Source of the DNA: Pseudomonadota bacterium
Lineage (GTDB): Bacteria > Pseudomonadota > Alphaproteobacteria > Rhizobiales > Rhizobiaceae
DNA: 32,000 nucleotides
Assembly: GCA_038745535.1 (NCBI GenBank)
Contig: JBCDLI010000007.1
Coordinates: 1-32,000, forward strand
Direction: 5' to 3'
The notes beneath the pieces are model-generated. The model saw nothing but the letters and a program-made list of their open reading frames with translations, was not told where the DNA came from and searched no databases. The stretch's first letter is position 1, and the number at the start of each line of letters is the position of its first letter. Shown here in pieces: positions 1 through 7,371 of the stretch. A program made the position numbers and the translations under genes.

Positions 1-70
1 GAGCGTAGGAAGTGACCGGTTCGACGCTGCTTACAATGCAAAACTACTTGGAGCACTTAGACGAGGATAG

Positions 71-89
71 TTCGAACACCTTGTTCGAA
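71..89. promoter_or_regulatory. Inverted repeat TTCGAACA-cct-TGTTCGAA upstream of mobC; candidate oriT-associated repeat
   Basis: A perfect 8-bp inverted repeat with a 3-nt spacer was read directly from the sequence. A second repeat, AGACCT-aaa-AGGTCT, lies at 125-139. MOBQ/MOBP-type oriTs usually sit just upstream of the mobC/relaxase operon. No nick site was identified. Confidence 0.25.
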
Positions 90-150
90 AGCCTCTCTGA
101 CTGGGAACGTCATCTCGCATCAATAGACCTAAAAGGTCTCGGATGCGACG

Positions 151-579
151 ATGGACCGGACTTCAAACCATGATTTCAATAAGATAGCTTCCGAAAGGGC
201 TGCGGAGAAAACGAAGTATCCGCCGCCGTTTTCGCTGCGCTTGACCTATGAAGAACGGGCATTTCTGGAAGCTGAAGCGGCTGGGAAACCACTTGGAGCG
301 TACATTCGCGACAAAATCCTTGGCGATAAGGCGTCTAACCGCACAAGGCGCGGCAACAGCCCTGTGAAGGACAAAGAAGCCCTTGGGCGCGTCATGGGCG
401 CGCTTGGGGCTTCTCGGCTGTCTGCGAACCTCAACCAGCTCGCACGGGCGGTTAATTCCGGCTCGTTGCCTGTCACACCCGAAACCGAAGCCGAACTAAA
501 AGACGCCTGCAAAGAAGTCGCCGATATGCGGGCCGATCTTTTGCGCGCGCTCGGCGGTGGCATGGAGAGCGGGCCATGA
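151..579 (+). CDS. mobC: MobC-family relaxosome accessory protein
   Basis: 142-aa protein with the MobC-type motif SANLNQLARAVN and an N-terminal RHH-like segment (FSLRLTYEERAFLEAEA). Its stop overlaps the relaxase start (ATGA at 576-579). Confidence 0.85.
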   Translation: MDRTSNHDFNKIASERAAEKTKYPPPFSLRLTYEERAFLEAEAAGKPLGAYIRDKILGDKASNRTRRGNSPVKDKEALGRVMGALGASRLSANLNQLARAVNSGSLPVTPETEAELKDACKEVADMRADLLRALGGGMESGP

Positions 580-1895
580 TCCTCAAGGCCCGCGAACGTG
601 GAAATGCACCCCAACTTGCAAGCTATCTCATGGATCAGCGCGACAATGAACATGTCGAGCTGCATGAGGTGCGCGGCTTTATCAGCGATGATCTGAACCA
701 AGCGTTCAGCGAAGCGCATGCCATCGCGCAAGGCACGCGGTGCGAAAACTATATGTTCTCGATGAGCTTCAACCCGCCTGAAGGCGCGCATGTCAGCACA
801 GATGATTTCGAGAAAGCCATCAATCAGGTCGAAGACAAGCTCGGCCTGAAAGATCAGCCGCGCGCGGTAATCTTCCATGAAAAGGACGGGCGTCGTCACG
901 CGCATGTCGCTTGGTCGCGGATCGATGCCGATCAGATGCGCGCGATAAATATCAGCCACTATAAGAACAAGCTTCGCGAGGTCTCGCGCGAACTGTTCTT
1001 AGAGCATGGCTGGTCCATGCCGCGCGGTCTAGAAGATCGCCGCTTGCGTGATCCGCTTGCCTTCACACGCGCCGAATGGGAACAGGCGCGGCGCGTTGGC
1101 CTCAATCCGAAGGAATTGAAAGCCGTTTTCCGCAAGACATGGGATACGTCCGACAATCGGGCGTCTTTCGAACAAGCCTTGAAAGAGCGTGGCTTCACCC
1201 TGGCCCAAGGTGATCGGCGGGGCTTTGTCGCCGTCGATTATCGGGGCGAGGTTTACGGCATTGGCCGTAAGACAGGCATCAAGGCAAAAGAGATCGCCGA
1301 TAAGCTCGGCGATCCGAAAGCCCTGCCCACCGTCGATCAAGCGAAAGCGGAAATCGCTGAGCGCATGACAGGCAAGGTCCGCGAGTTAATCAAACAGGCT
1401 GAGCGTGATGCGCGTCAGCAGATCGCGCATATCGAATTCCGCAAAGCCGACCTGGTCGCCCGTCACCGTGAAGAGCGCGAGACGCTGACCGAAAAACATG
1501 AAAAGCGGTGGCAGGCCGAAACACTGGCGCGCGCCGAACGCTTGCCGAAAGGCATGTCAGGCATCTGGCATCGCATCACGGGCCGCTATGGAAAGATCAG
1601 GGCGCAGAACGAAGCTGAAGCCTTGGACGCCATGCGGCGCGACCGCATGGAAAAAGACGAACTGGTATCTGGTCAGCTCGACGAACGTCAGAAATTGCAG
1701 GATCAGATGAAAACGCAGCGCGAAAGTGCGCAGCACGAGCTTCTGCAGTTGCGGGCAGATATCGAGTCCTACACGTCAAGCCTTGAGGCCGAAACCTCAG
1801 ACAGCACGATCAAGCCGGAGCATGAAAACAAGTCCGATCACGAGCCGGAGAATGCGCCGCGCATAACGCCACGCGGACCGCGCCTCGGCCCGTAG
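576..1895 (+). CDS. Relaxase / mobilization nuclease (MobA/VirD2 family)
   Basis: The N-terminal relaxase domain has the histidine triad HEKDGRRHAHVAWSRI. The C-terminal part is charged and coiled-coil-like. It is coupled to mobC. Confidence 0.9.
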   Translation: MILKARERGNAPQLASYLMDQRDNEHVELHEVRGFISDDLNQAFSEAHAIAQGTRCENYMFSMSFNPPEGAHVSTDDFEKAINQVEDKLGLKDQPRAVIFHEKDGRRHAHVAWSRIDADQMRAINISHYKNKLREVSRELFLEHGWSMPRGLEDRRLRDPLAFTRAEWEQARRVGLNPKELKAVFRKTWDTSDNRASFEQALKERGFTLAQGDRRGFVAVDYRGEVYGIGRKTGIKAKEIADKLGDPKALPTVDQAKAEIAERMTGKVRELIKQAERDARQQIAHIEFRKADLVARHREERETLTEKHEKRWQAETLARAERLPKGMSGIWHRITGRYGKIRAQNEAEALDAMRRDRMEKDELVSGQLDERQKLQDQMKTQRESAQHELLQLRADIESYTSSLEAETSDSTIKPEHENKSDHEPENAPRITPRGPRLGP

Positions 1896-2065
1896 GCAAG
1901 TGCACTTTGATACGCTTCTTTCGCAGCAGTCCTGTCACCCTCCTTTCTTGATTGGATGCGTCATCCCCAAACCATCAGGGGCCTTCTATGGCCGATGATG
2001 ATGTGTGCGAGGGCCGAAAGGCCCTGAGCGGTTTGGGGCCTCCGACACCTGAAAAGGAGGATGAC

Positions 2066-2245
2066 ATGAAGCTCATTACTCAATTTGAAGCGGCAAAGCT
2101 CAGCACTGTGCAGCTCTACGGTCTTCGCAAAGAGGCGTTTATCGCCCTAAGCGTTTCGCCCAAAGGTTCGCAATCACAGCGTGATGCTCTGGCATCGATG
2201 CGCAGCATCGAAGACGAGCTGTCCCGTCGCGGCCCTGCTCCCTAA
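2066..2245 (+). CDS. Small hypothetical protein (59 aa)
   Basis: An internal ATG at 2066 is preceded by the strong SD AAGGAGG (2054-2060). The longer 1952 start has no such signal. A hairpin terminator follows the gene. No recognisable family. Confidence 0.45.
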   Translation: MKLITQFEAAKLSTVQLYGLRKEAFIALSVSPKGSQSQRDALASMRSIEDELSRRGPAP

Positions 2246-2251
2246 CCTCTC

Positions 2252-2275
2252 GCTCACGGCATTCGTGCCGTGAGC
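2252..2275 (+). terminator. Rho-independent terminator hairpin
   Basis: A perfect 10-bp stem GCTCACGGCA/TGCCGTGAGC with loop TTCG is followed by the T-rich tract ttccttcatttctttctttc, directly after the 2245 stop. Confidence 0.6.
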
Positions 2276-2565
2276 TTCCTTCATTTCTTTCTTTCGGTTG
2301 CAGCTGCAACCGGACTAGGCACGCGCCAATGAGCGGGGGAAGCCGTCAAGACCGCAGAGAGCGGTGGGTATCACCCGTCCTGCACGAGCCGAAGGCGCGG
2401 AAGGATGGGGAGACCGCTGGCTGCGCCCAACGGGCTTGGCCTTGATGGATGATGGGCCGCAGGCCCGCTTAAGGAAAAGAGAGATAGCCCATACGGGCTG
2501 GCATTACTGCACGGAAAGGGGTGCGCAAATCACCAGGAAAAGGGCTCAGGAATGCCTGAAACAAT

Positions 2566-4080
2566 TCAGGTCAAAAAAAGAGGCGATGAATTTCTCCTCG
2601 GCAGGACCAGAGTGAGTGATCGCTTTGCGCGACTAATTGCGACGTACAATCGACATCTAGAATAGAGTGTTTGGGAGAATCGACCGTCGCATGGGAGTAT
2701 CAGCGCGTTATCGCACTGCAGGCCTTTTGCCTTGTGAATGGTGCTAATCGCTCTTGCTGGCGGCATCGGGTGAGCAAAGGATCGCCTTCTGCCGAGTTCG
2801 GCAAGACCGTCATGTGGATCGGCAAAATTGCCCAGACGGATCGCATCACGGTATTCGCTACGGTAATCGATTTTGATCCCCTCAAAGCCGACGGCGCTGT
2901 CTCGGCGGAAATCCGACAGCGTAGCAAGGCATTTGGCGACGCCGTTGTGGTCGGGTTCATCGAGGATTATGCGGGCGAGCTTCTGGATATTCGCAGGTTT
3001 GCCGCGCGCCGTTCTACTGCAGTTTTGGCTGACTTCCTGCACGAAGCGATTGCCGTGGCTAGAAGGACTGAAGCCCGTGGCAACGCTCCCCATAAATTCA
3101 ACAAAGGCATTCGCAAGCGCCACTGGGTTGCGGTCGGCAGCCTCACCCGCGGTGATAAGCTGATCAAGAGCTGGTCTTGTATGACCCTCCCAAATGGGAA
3201 TGGAGCGATTCCAAAGCGCGGCAAGTGCTTCGGTCAGGTCGTTTTGAGGGGTGAGGATCAGAAGCTCGCTGCTATTGCGCGCTACAGCGTCAATCGGCAC
3301 ACGCTCTGCATTGCTCAATCGGTAGCCACGACCGCTGGCGCAATTGTCGGCATTGATAAGCGTAAGACCTTGAGGAAGTGAGCCAGTCAGATCGATGGGG
3401 TGACCTTCCTTTAGGGCGGCGCGCGCTTCCAATATCCACCTGCCTAGCGCTGGCGTCCCGTCTCTCCACCGGTGCGGCGTCTGAAGCTCAGCAAATACGC
3501 CCGCTGACTTGTTTTCCTCCCATCGCGCCCGCGCACTTGTGGCTTCGTTACCTCGAGCGTAAATGCCCTGCATCGGATCGCCAAAAATTCGGAGTCTGGC
3601 GCCCGCTTCTCGTAATGCGACTAGAACACTATGCTGATCGGCACTAGCATCTTGGTGTTCATCGGCAATAATAACGGGGAAGCGTTCGGCCAAAGCTGCG
3701 GCTACAAATGGATGGCTCGCAAGCAGTTTTCCTACCTGGTTGGCCAAAGTGGCATAGGCCTCATTTCCCTGCCGCCGGGCCCACGCGGCTGGGTCAGGAG
3801 GAAGATCGAGCGCTTTGTGGTACGCGGCGGCGATTTGCACAATCAGGGAGTCGAGCGTCCTTATCTCGACTTTACGGTGCACGGTGCGTGTTGACTTAGC
3901 AAACGCCGCACACGCAGCGTGGGTATGGGTAAGTATCAAGACCCGCCCGGTCGAAAGCTTTGAAGCTGCACGCAGCGCATAACAAGCGCCCTGGTATGTC
4001 TTGCCGCATCCGGCAGGCGCTTCCACAACGACGAAAGGCGCATCTGAATTAAGTAGTGCTGCGACACCTTCATCCGTCAT
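2566..4080 (-). CDS. UvrD/PcrA/Rep-like superfamily-1 helicase (GajB-like)
   Basis: SF1 motifs are present: Walker A EAPAGCGKT, motif II IIADEHQD, motif III FGDPMQGIY, motif V TIHKAKGLQCD and motif VI LYVAISRAKRSL. I place the start at ATG 4080 (MTDEG...), which overlaps the upstream stop by 11 nt (ATGACGGATGA). This gives about 504 aa. Confidence 0.85.
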   Translation of the reverse strand: MTDEGVAALLNSDAPFVVVEAPAGCGKTYQGACYALRAASKLSTGRVLILTHTHAACAAFAKSTRTVHRKVEIRTLDSLIVQIAAAYHKALDLPPDPAAWARRQGNEAYATLANQVGKLLASHPFVAAALAERFPVIIADEHQDASADQHSVLVALREAGARLRIFGDPMQGIYARGNEATSARARWEENKSAGVFAELQTPHRWRDGTPALGRWILEARAALKEGHPIDLTGSLPQGLTLINADNCASGRGYRLSNAERVPIDAVARNSSELLILTPQNDLTEALAALWNRSIPIWEGHTRPALDQLITAGEAADRNPVALANAFVEFMGSVATGFSPSSHGNRFVQEVSQNCSRTARGKPANIQKLARIILDEPDHNGVAKCLATLSDFRRDSAVGFEGIKIDYRSEYRDAIRLGNFADPHDGLAELGRRRSFAHPMPPARAISTIHKAKGLQCDNALILPCDGRFSQTLYSRCRLYVAISRAKRSLTLVLPRRNSSPLFLT

Positions 4081-5863
4081 AGGCAATATCGGTGATCTCA
4101 GCCTGCCCGAGGGCCGCACGGATCGCATTGATGAACGGCAATAAATCAGATCGGAGAGTTGGCCAAACGCCAAGCGCAAACATCTTGTCAGCGAGTTCGC
4201 GTCCGCCTGTCACCGATTTGAACCAGCGTCCCCCGTGGCGGCTCCACATCTTTGCAACCTCGTTGTTGGTCGCACCATCTTTGCTGCCCGTGGCAGCCGC
4301 GATAAGCAGCGCCCGGAAATCACCAGTTGTCTGTATGATAGCCTCAAGGCTCGTGTCGTCGGTGCCAAGGCGGGTCGCCAAGGTAATACGCCGCTCTGCG
4401 GCCACGCCTGCATCGTTGTGGGCGATAAGCTCTGCAAGCCTGTCCTTCGGCACGAGCTTGATGATGGCTTCTTCAGTACAACCTGCCGTCCACTGGAACA
4501 GGCGGTCGCCCATCGTCGTTTTTAGCGCAGACCAGCGACCAGACGCATGGCCCTCGTCATCGGCGAAGCCGCCGAACGCGAGGCCTCCACCCGTCAGCGC
4601 TTCTAGAAGATCAAGTGTGGCGGGATTGCCCTGACCGTTGCAAACACGTACTCCGTGATCAGCAAAACTCCCATCGATAGCGCGTTCCAGCATCGATGAA
4701 AGGAACCCTACTTCGGTCGGGCCTTCGGCAATGACAGCAAACCGAGCTAGGAAGGTTTCGGGGTCGCGTTCTTGCTGCCTGGCGACCTTGGCACGTGGCA
4801 GTGCACCGATATGACCAGCGCCGTCAAGATACCATAGGCTTGCGTCGTCTGCCGCGTTAATCGCAGCGGCACTGTGCGTGGTGACAAAGCTTTGCGAGCC
4901 CTGGGCCTGCAAGCTTTTAATCAACTTGCGCTGACGGTAGGGTTCGAGGCCGCGTTCGATCTCATCAATTACTGTGATGCTGCTTTCGGCTTCGCTAGCG
5001 GCGGCAATTTGCAGTGCCGTCATTCGCCGTGTACCTGCTCCCCAGCTTGCAAGCGGAAGCGATACGCCGGAGTCGCGATCGGCCATTAGGCCGATTAATG
5101 CGCCGATAGAAAGACCTTGACTGGTCGTCAACGCCAAATCCAGTCCGCTCGGTAAAGCTTCAGCCTTTAGTGTGGCGTCAAGTTTTTCCATCGCCGTCTT
5201 GGCGTCATCGCCAAGGTATGCAGCGAGATCAATTTCTGACACGCGCTTCCCAATCCGGGCACGCAGGCCTTTGTCCGCCAACAAGCGATCAAGCGCGGAG
5301 CCGTAGACCAGCCGAAGATCGCGATCATTGCGGTCATCGCCGCTAAGGCGAACGATGCCGATGTTTCGGCGTACCGCAGCCGAAAGAAGATCGGTTTCAT
5401 CGTTGGGCTGGACAATCTCCCAATTTATTTCCAGCTCGGCGGTGCCTTGCACTTGCAGACGGTAAACGCGTTTACCCGACGATGAACCACCCTGCACATC
5501 ATCGTCTTCATCGCTGATAGGAGGAACGGCATCACTGCCGTTCCATTCCCAGGGCCACGCGAACTTCTGCTGCTGGCCGATTTCAGAGGACGCGGGCAGT
5601 TCGACAACCGCCTGAATCACGAACCCCTCTTCGACTTTACGCTGCCAGTAATCCGCTTCGGAAAGCACGATACTGTTTGTAGGACTGAACAAAAGCGCTA
5701 TCGCATCGAGGATGGTGGTCTTTCCGGCATCGCCGCCGCCAAGCACGATGTTCATTCCGCAAGACGGATTCCAGTCAAGCGACTGAAGACCGCGAAACCG
5801 CTCAATCTTAAGTTTTAGTACCCTTGGCGTCTCGGTCTGCTGAGCGGCGACGTAATCACTCAT
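4070..5863 (-). CDS. OLD-family ATP-dependent nuclease: ABC-type ATPase plus C-terminal TOPRIM (class 2 OLD / GajA-like)
   Basis: ATPase motifs: Walker A GGGDAGKT, signature-like SWGAGTRRM, Walker B ITVIDEIERGLEP and H-loop FVTTHS. TOPRIM motifs: glutamate in VIAEGPTEVGF and the DxD-like GFADDEG. 597 aa, immediately followed by a UvrD-like helicase. Confidence 0.85.
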   Translation of the reverse strand: MSDYVAAQQTETPRVLKLKIERFRGLQSLDWNPSCGMNIVLGGGDAGKTTILDAIALLFSPTNSIVLSEADYWQRKVEEGFVIQAVVELPASSEIGQQQKFAWPWEWNGSDAVPPISDEDDDVQGGSSSGKRVYRLQVQGTAELEINWEIVQPNDETDLLSAAVRRNIGIVRLSGDDRNDRDLRLVYGSALDRLLADKGLRARIGKRVSEIDLAAYLGDDAKTAMEKLDATLKAEALPSGLDLALTTSQGLSIGALIGLMADRDSGVSLPLASWGAGTRRMTALQIAAASEAESSITVIDEIERGLEPYRQRKLIKSLQAQGSQSFVTTHSAAAINAADDASLWYLDGAGHIGALPRAKVARQQERDPETFLARFAVIAEGPTEVGFLSSMLERAIDGSFADHGVRVCNGQGNPATLDLLEALTGGGLAFGGFADDEGHASGRWSALKTTMGDRLFQWTAGCTEEAIIKLVPKDRLAELIAHNDAGVAAERRITLATRLGTDDTSLEAIIQTTGDFRALLIAAATGSKDGATNNEVAKMWSRHGGRWFKSVTGGRELADKMFALGVWPTLRSDLLPFINAIRAALGQAEITDIAYDG

Positions 5864-6036
5864 AAGCTCGCCTCCAGCAGTCTTATCTCATCATCTGTCA
5901 GCCCGAACAGCCCATAAACGATAGAATTAATGCGTTCCTCGTTGGCTTTGATCTCCGCAGTCAGGCGCGCGATTGTCTTCGGATTGAAGAGATGAATTCG
6001 ATTTGCTGATTTATTCGCTAGTGCGGCCAAATTCAT
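5860..6036 (-). CDS. 58-aa ORF with a methyltransferase-tail-like C-terminus (VYGLFGLTDDEIRLLE); functional status uncertain
   Basis: Its ATG (6036-6034) overlaps the RHH gene stop as ATGA. Its TGA overlaps the OLD-nuclease ATG as ATGA (5860-5863). Only the last 58 codons of the 213-aa track ORF look protein-like. Confidence 0.4.
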   Translation of the reverse strand: MNLAALANKSANRIHLFNPKTIARLTAEIKANEERINSIVYGLFGLTDDEIRLLEASL

Positions 6037-6239
6037 TTTCGCGATCTTTTGTTGTAGTTTGGCCCACTGATTAAAGCGCGCTGCTTTTCGACGTACTCTC
6101 TCATGAACTCGCGCAAAACCTGGGCGGCTGGTTTGTCCTCCGCCTTGCAGGCGGCGACGAATTGCTCCCGCAATTCGCGCTGCACCCTGATTCTGAGACC
6201 GACATCCTTCATACCAAGAAGTGTAGCCAATGGATACAC
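6033..6239 (-). CDS. Ribbon-helix-helix (CopG/Arc/MetJ-type) DNA-binding protein
   Basis: The RHH pattern is a beta strand GLRIRV, then helices QRELREQFVAACKAE and PAAQVLREFMREYVEKQ. The track start at 6239 is a GTG. An internal ATG at 6212 (MKDVG...) is an alternative start. It is the first gene of the coupled operon. Confidence 0.7.
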   Translation of the reverse strand: MYPLATLLGMKDVGLRIRVQRELREQFVAACKAEDKPAAQVLREFMREYVEKQRALISGPNYNKRSRK

Positions 6240-6682
6240 AAATGTGAAGGGGAAATGGCGTTTGGATGGTTATGCTCTTGCGTACTTGGGTGCGATTAAT
6301 CGAGCGGGCGATTACGCATGGTTCGGTGCAGGTGGAGAGGCATATCTCCAAGTCCTGCGAGTGGGTATCGGGTCGCGAAAGACCTGATCGGCATCCAAAC
6401 GGCGGACGGTTGGTCTCGATGAAATCGTCTCCATGACATGGCGCGCATCCAATCCGCGCAGGGTTGGCCCCACGGCGTGGCCTCAATGGCGTTGTCTCCA
6501 TGAAATGGTCTGGATTTCACAAGGGCAGGAACGCCCTTTGATCGATGGGTGCAGGGAGAGCGAAGTCTCCCGCGAGTGGTGAAACGGCGATACGTTTTTG
6601 GCTTCAAAAGGCTCAATGCCTGACCGAAGCCACAAGCCGGGGGGATGCAACGGGGGCGCGCAGCGGGCCACCTTGCCAAGAT

Positions 6683-6765
6683 GTTTTGTACTACAAAACA
6701 CATCTTGCAGTGCGCCTACGGCCCGAAGCTGCCTTTGTACTACAAAGACATTATTGTATTACAAT
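6683..6765. promoter_or_regulatory. Cluster of three TTGTA-N-TACAA palindromes (putative operators)
   Basis: The three palindromes are GTTTTGTA-C-TACAAAAC (6683-6699), CTTTGTA-C-TACAAAG (6733-6747) and ATTGTA-T-TACAAT (6753-6765). Their centres are 49 and 19 bp apart. The patch is AT-rich and lies between the MarR 3' end and the defence operon. Confidence 0.45.
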
Positions 6766-6787
6766 GACTTGCGCTAGGTCTAGCTTG

Positions 6788-6824
6788 TTGCAGGGCTACG
6801 CTGAAACAATTGGGTAGCCTGCAA
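6788..6824 (-). terminator. Hairpin immediately downstream of the MarR stop (terminator-like, no clear U-tract)
   Basis: TTGCAGGGCTAC (6788-6799) pairs with GTAGCCTGCAA (6814-6824) with one bulged G and a 14-nt loop. The hairpin starts 1 nt after the stop codon at 6826-6828. Confidence 0.3.
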
Positions 6825-6825
6825 A

Positions 6826-7284
6826 TCACTCGGCTTTAGATTCCTCGTATGCCGATGCCGCATCACCGAGATACTTTACAGCATCGTTGAGCTCCTCCTG
6901 GGAGTAGCCTGTGGCACGTTCCTGAAGCCTTGAGACAGTGCTTCGATACAGCGGACCCACTGTTGCAAAGAGATGTTCAGTGGGATGCACAATCACGCCA
7001 CGACGGTCTTCTGGGTCTCGATCTCGACGTATCAGGTTAGCCTTTTCTAACCTGTCTAGAAGGCTAGTAACGGAGCCTGTTGTAAGGCCTAGCTCCTTGG
7101 CGATGTGACCAGGCTTAGAGGGCGCTTCAGCTAAAAGGTTCAAACACCGAAGGTCGTTACGGCTCACGTTCACCAGTGACGCGGCTTGTGTATCGAGGCG
7201 GTCGATAGCCGCGTAAAGCCGACGACAGACTTGAACCAAATCTTCGACGCTTCGATCCGCGCTATACTCCTTGCTTTCCGTCAT
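6826..7284 (-). CDS. MarR-family transcriptional regulator
   Basis: A winged-HTH core typical of MarR is present: LRCLNLLAEAPSKPGHIAKELGLTTGSVTSLLDRLEKANLIRRDRDPEDRRGVIV. The gene is divergent from the 7372 gene. Confidence 0.9.
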   Translation of the reverse strand: MTESKEYSADRSVEDLVQVCRRLYAAIDRLDTQAASLVNVSRNDLRCLNLLAEAPSKPGHIAKELGLTTGSVTSLLDRLEKANLIRRDRDPEDRRGVIVHPTEHLFATVGPLYRSTVSRLQERATGYSQEELNDAVKYLGDAASAYEESKAE

Positions 7285-7371
7285 GCCTTCAAAAATACCT
7301 TGTTTACCAAGTTAGTTGATAAGCTTATAATATACTAATGTTTTACAAATTGAACAACTGATCCGATCCAC

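Noticed and set aside
71-80. TTCGAACACC resembling the tRNA T-arm segment TTCGAACTCC (possible att direct repeat)
   Set aside because: Only about 9 of 10 nt match and there is no flanking similarity. That is too short to be an att repeat, and serine recombinases do not generate long direct repeats.
246-959. 237-aa minus-strand ORF overlapping mobC and the relaxase
   Set aside because: It is antisense to two well-supported, motif-bearing genes. Its composition is Ala/Arg/Ser-rich shadow-frame type, and no motif was found.
2364-2615. 83-aa + strand ORF in the convergent spacer
   Set aside because: It has a GTG start without an SD, and its sequence is Arg/Gly-rich and low-complexity. It also runs into the helicase 3' end. 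Treated as non-coding.
2671-3381. 236-aa + strand ORF
   Set aside because: It lies entirely antisense to the UvrD-like helicase, which carries all SF1 motifs. It is a typical high-GC shadow ORF.
4081-4179. N-terminal 33-codon extension of the helicase ORF (track start 4179)
   Set aside because: It would overlap the OLD-nuclease gene by 110 nt with non-protein-like sequence (MRLAFGQLSDLIYCRSSMRSVRPSGRLRS...). ATG 4080 gives a classic short coupling overlap.
6037-6501. Upstream 155 codons of the 213-aa minus-strand track ORF
   Set aside because: The sequence is Cys/Arg/Pro-rich and not protein-like. It also overlaps the RHH gene in another frame. Only the terminal 58 codons are plausible.
6296-6817. 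ORFs 6296-6703(-), 6483-6701(-) and 6545-6817(+) in the leader region
   Set aside because: They have no SD, their composition is implausible, and they overlap each other on both strands. The region is better explained as non-coding or regulatory.
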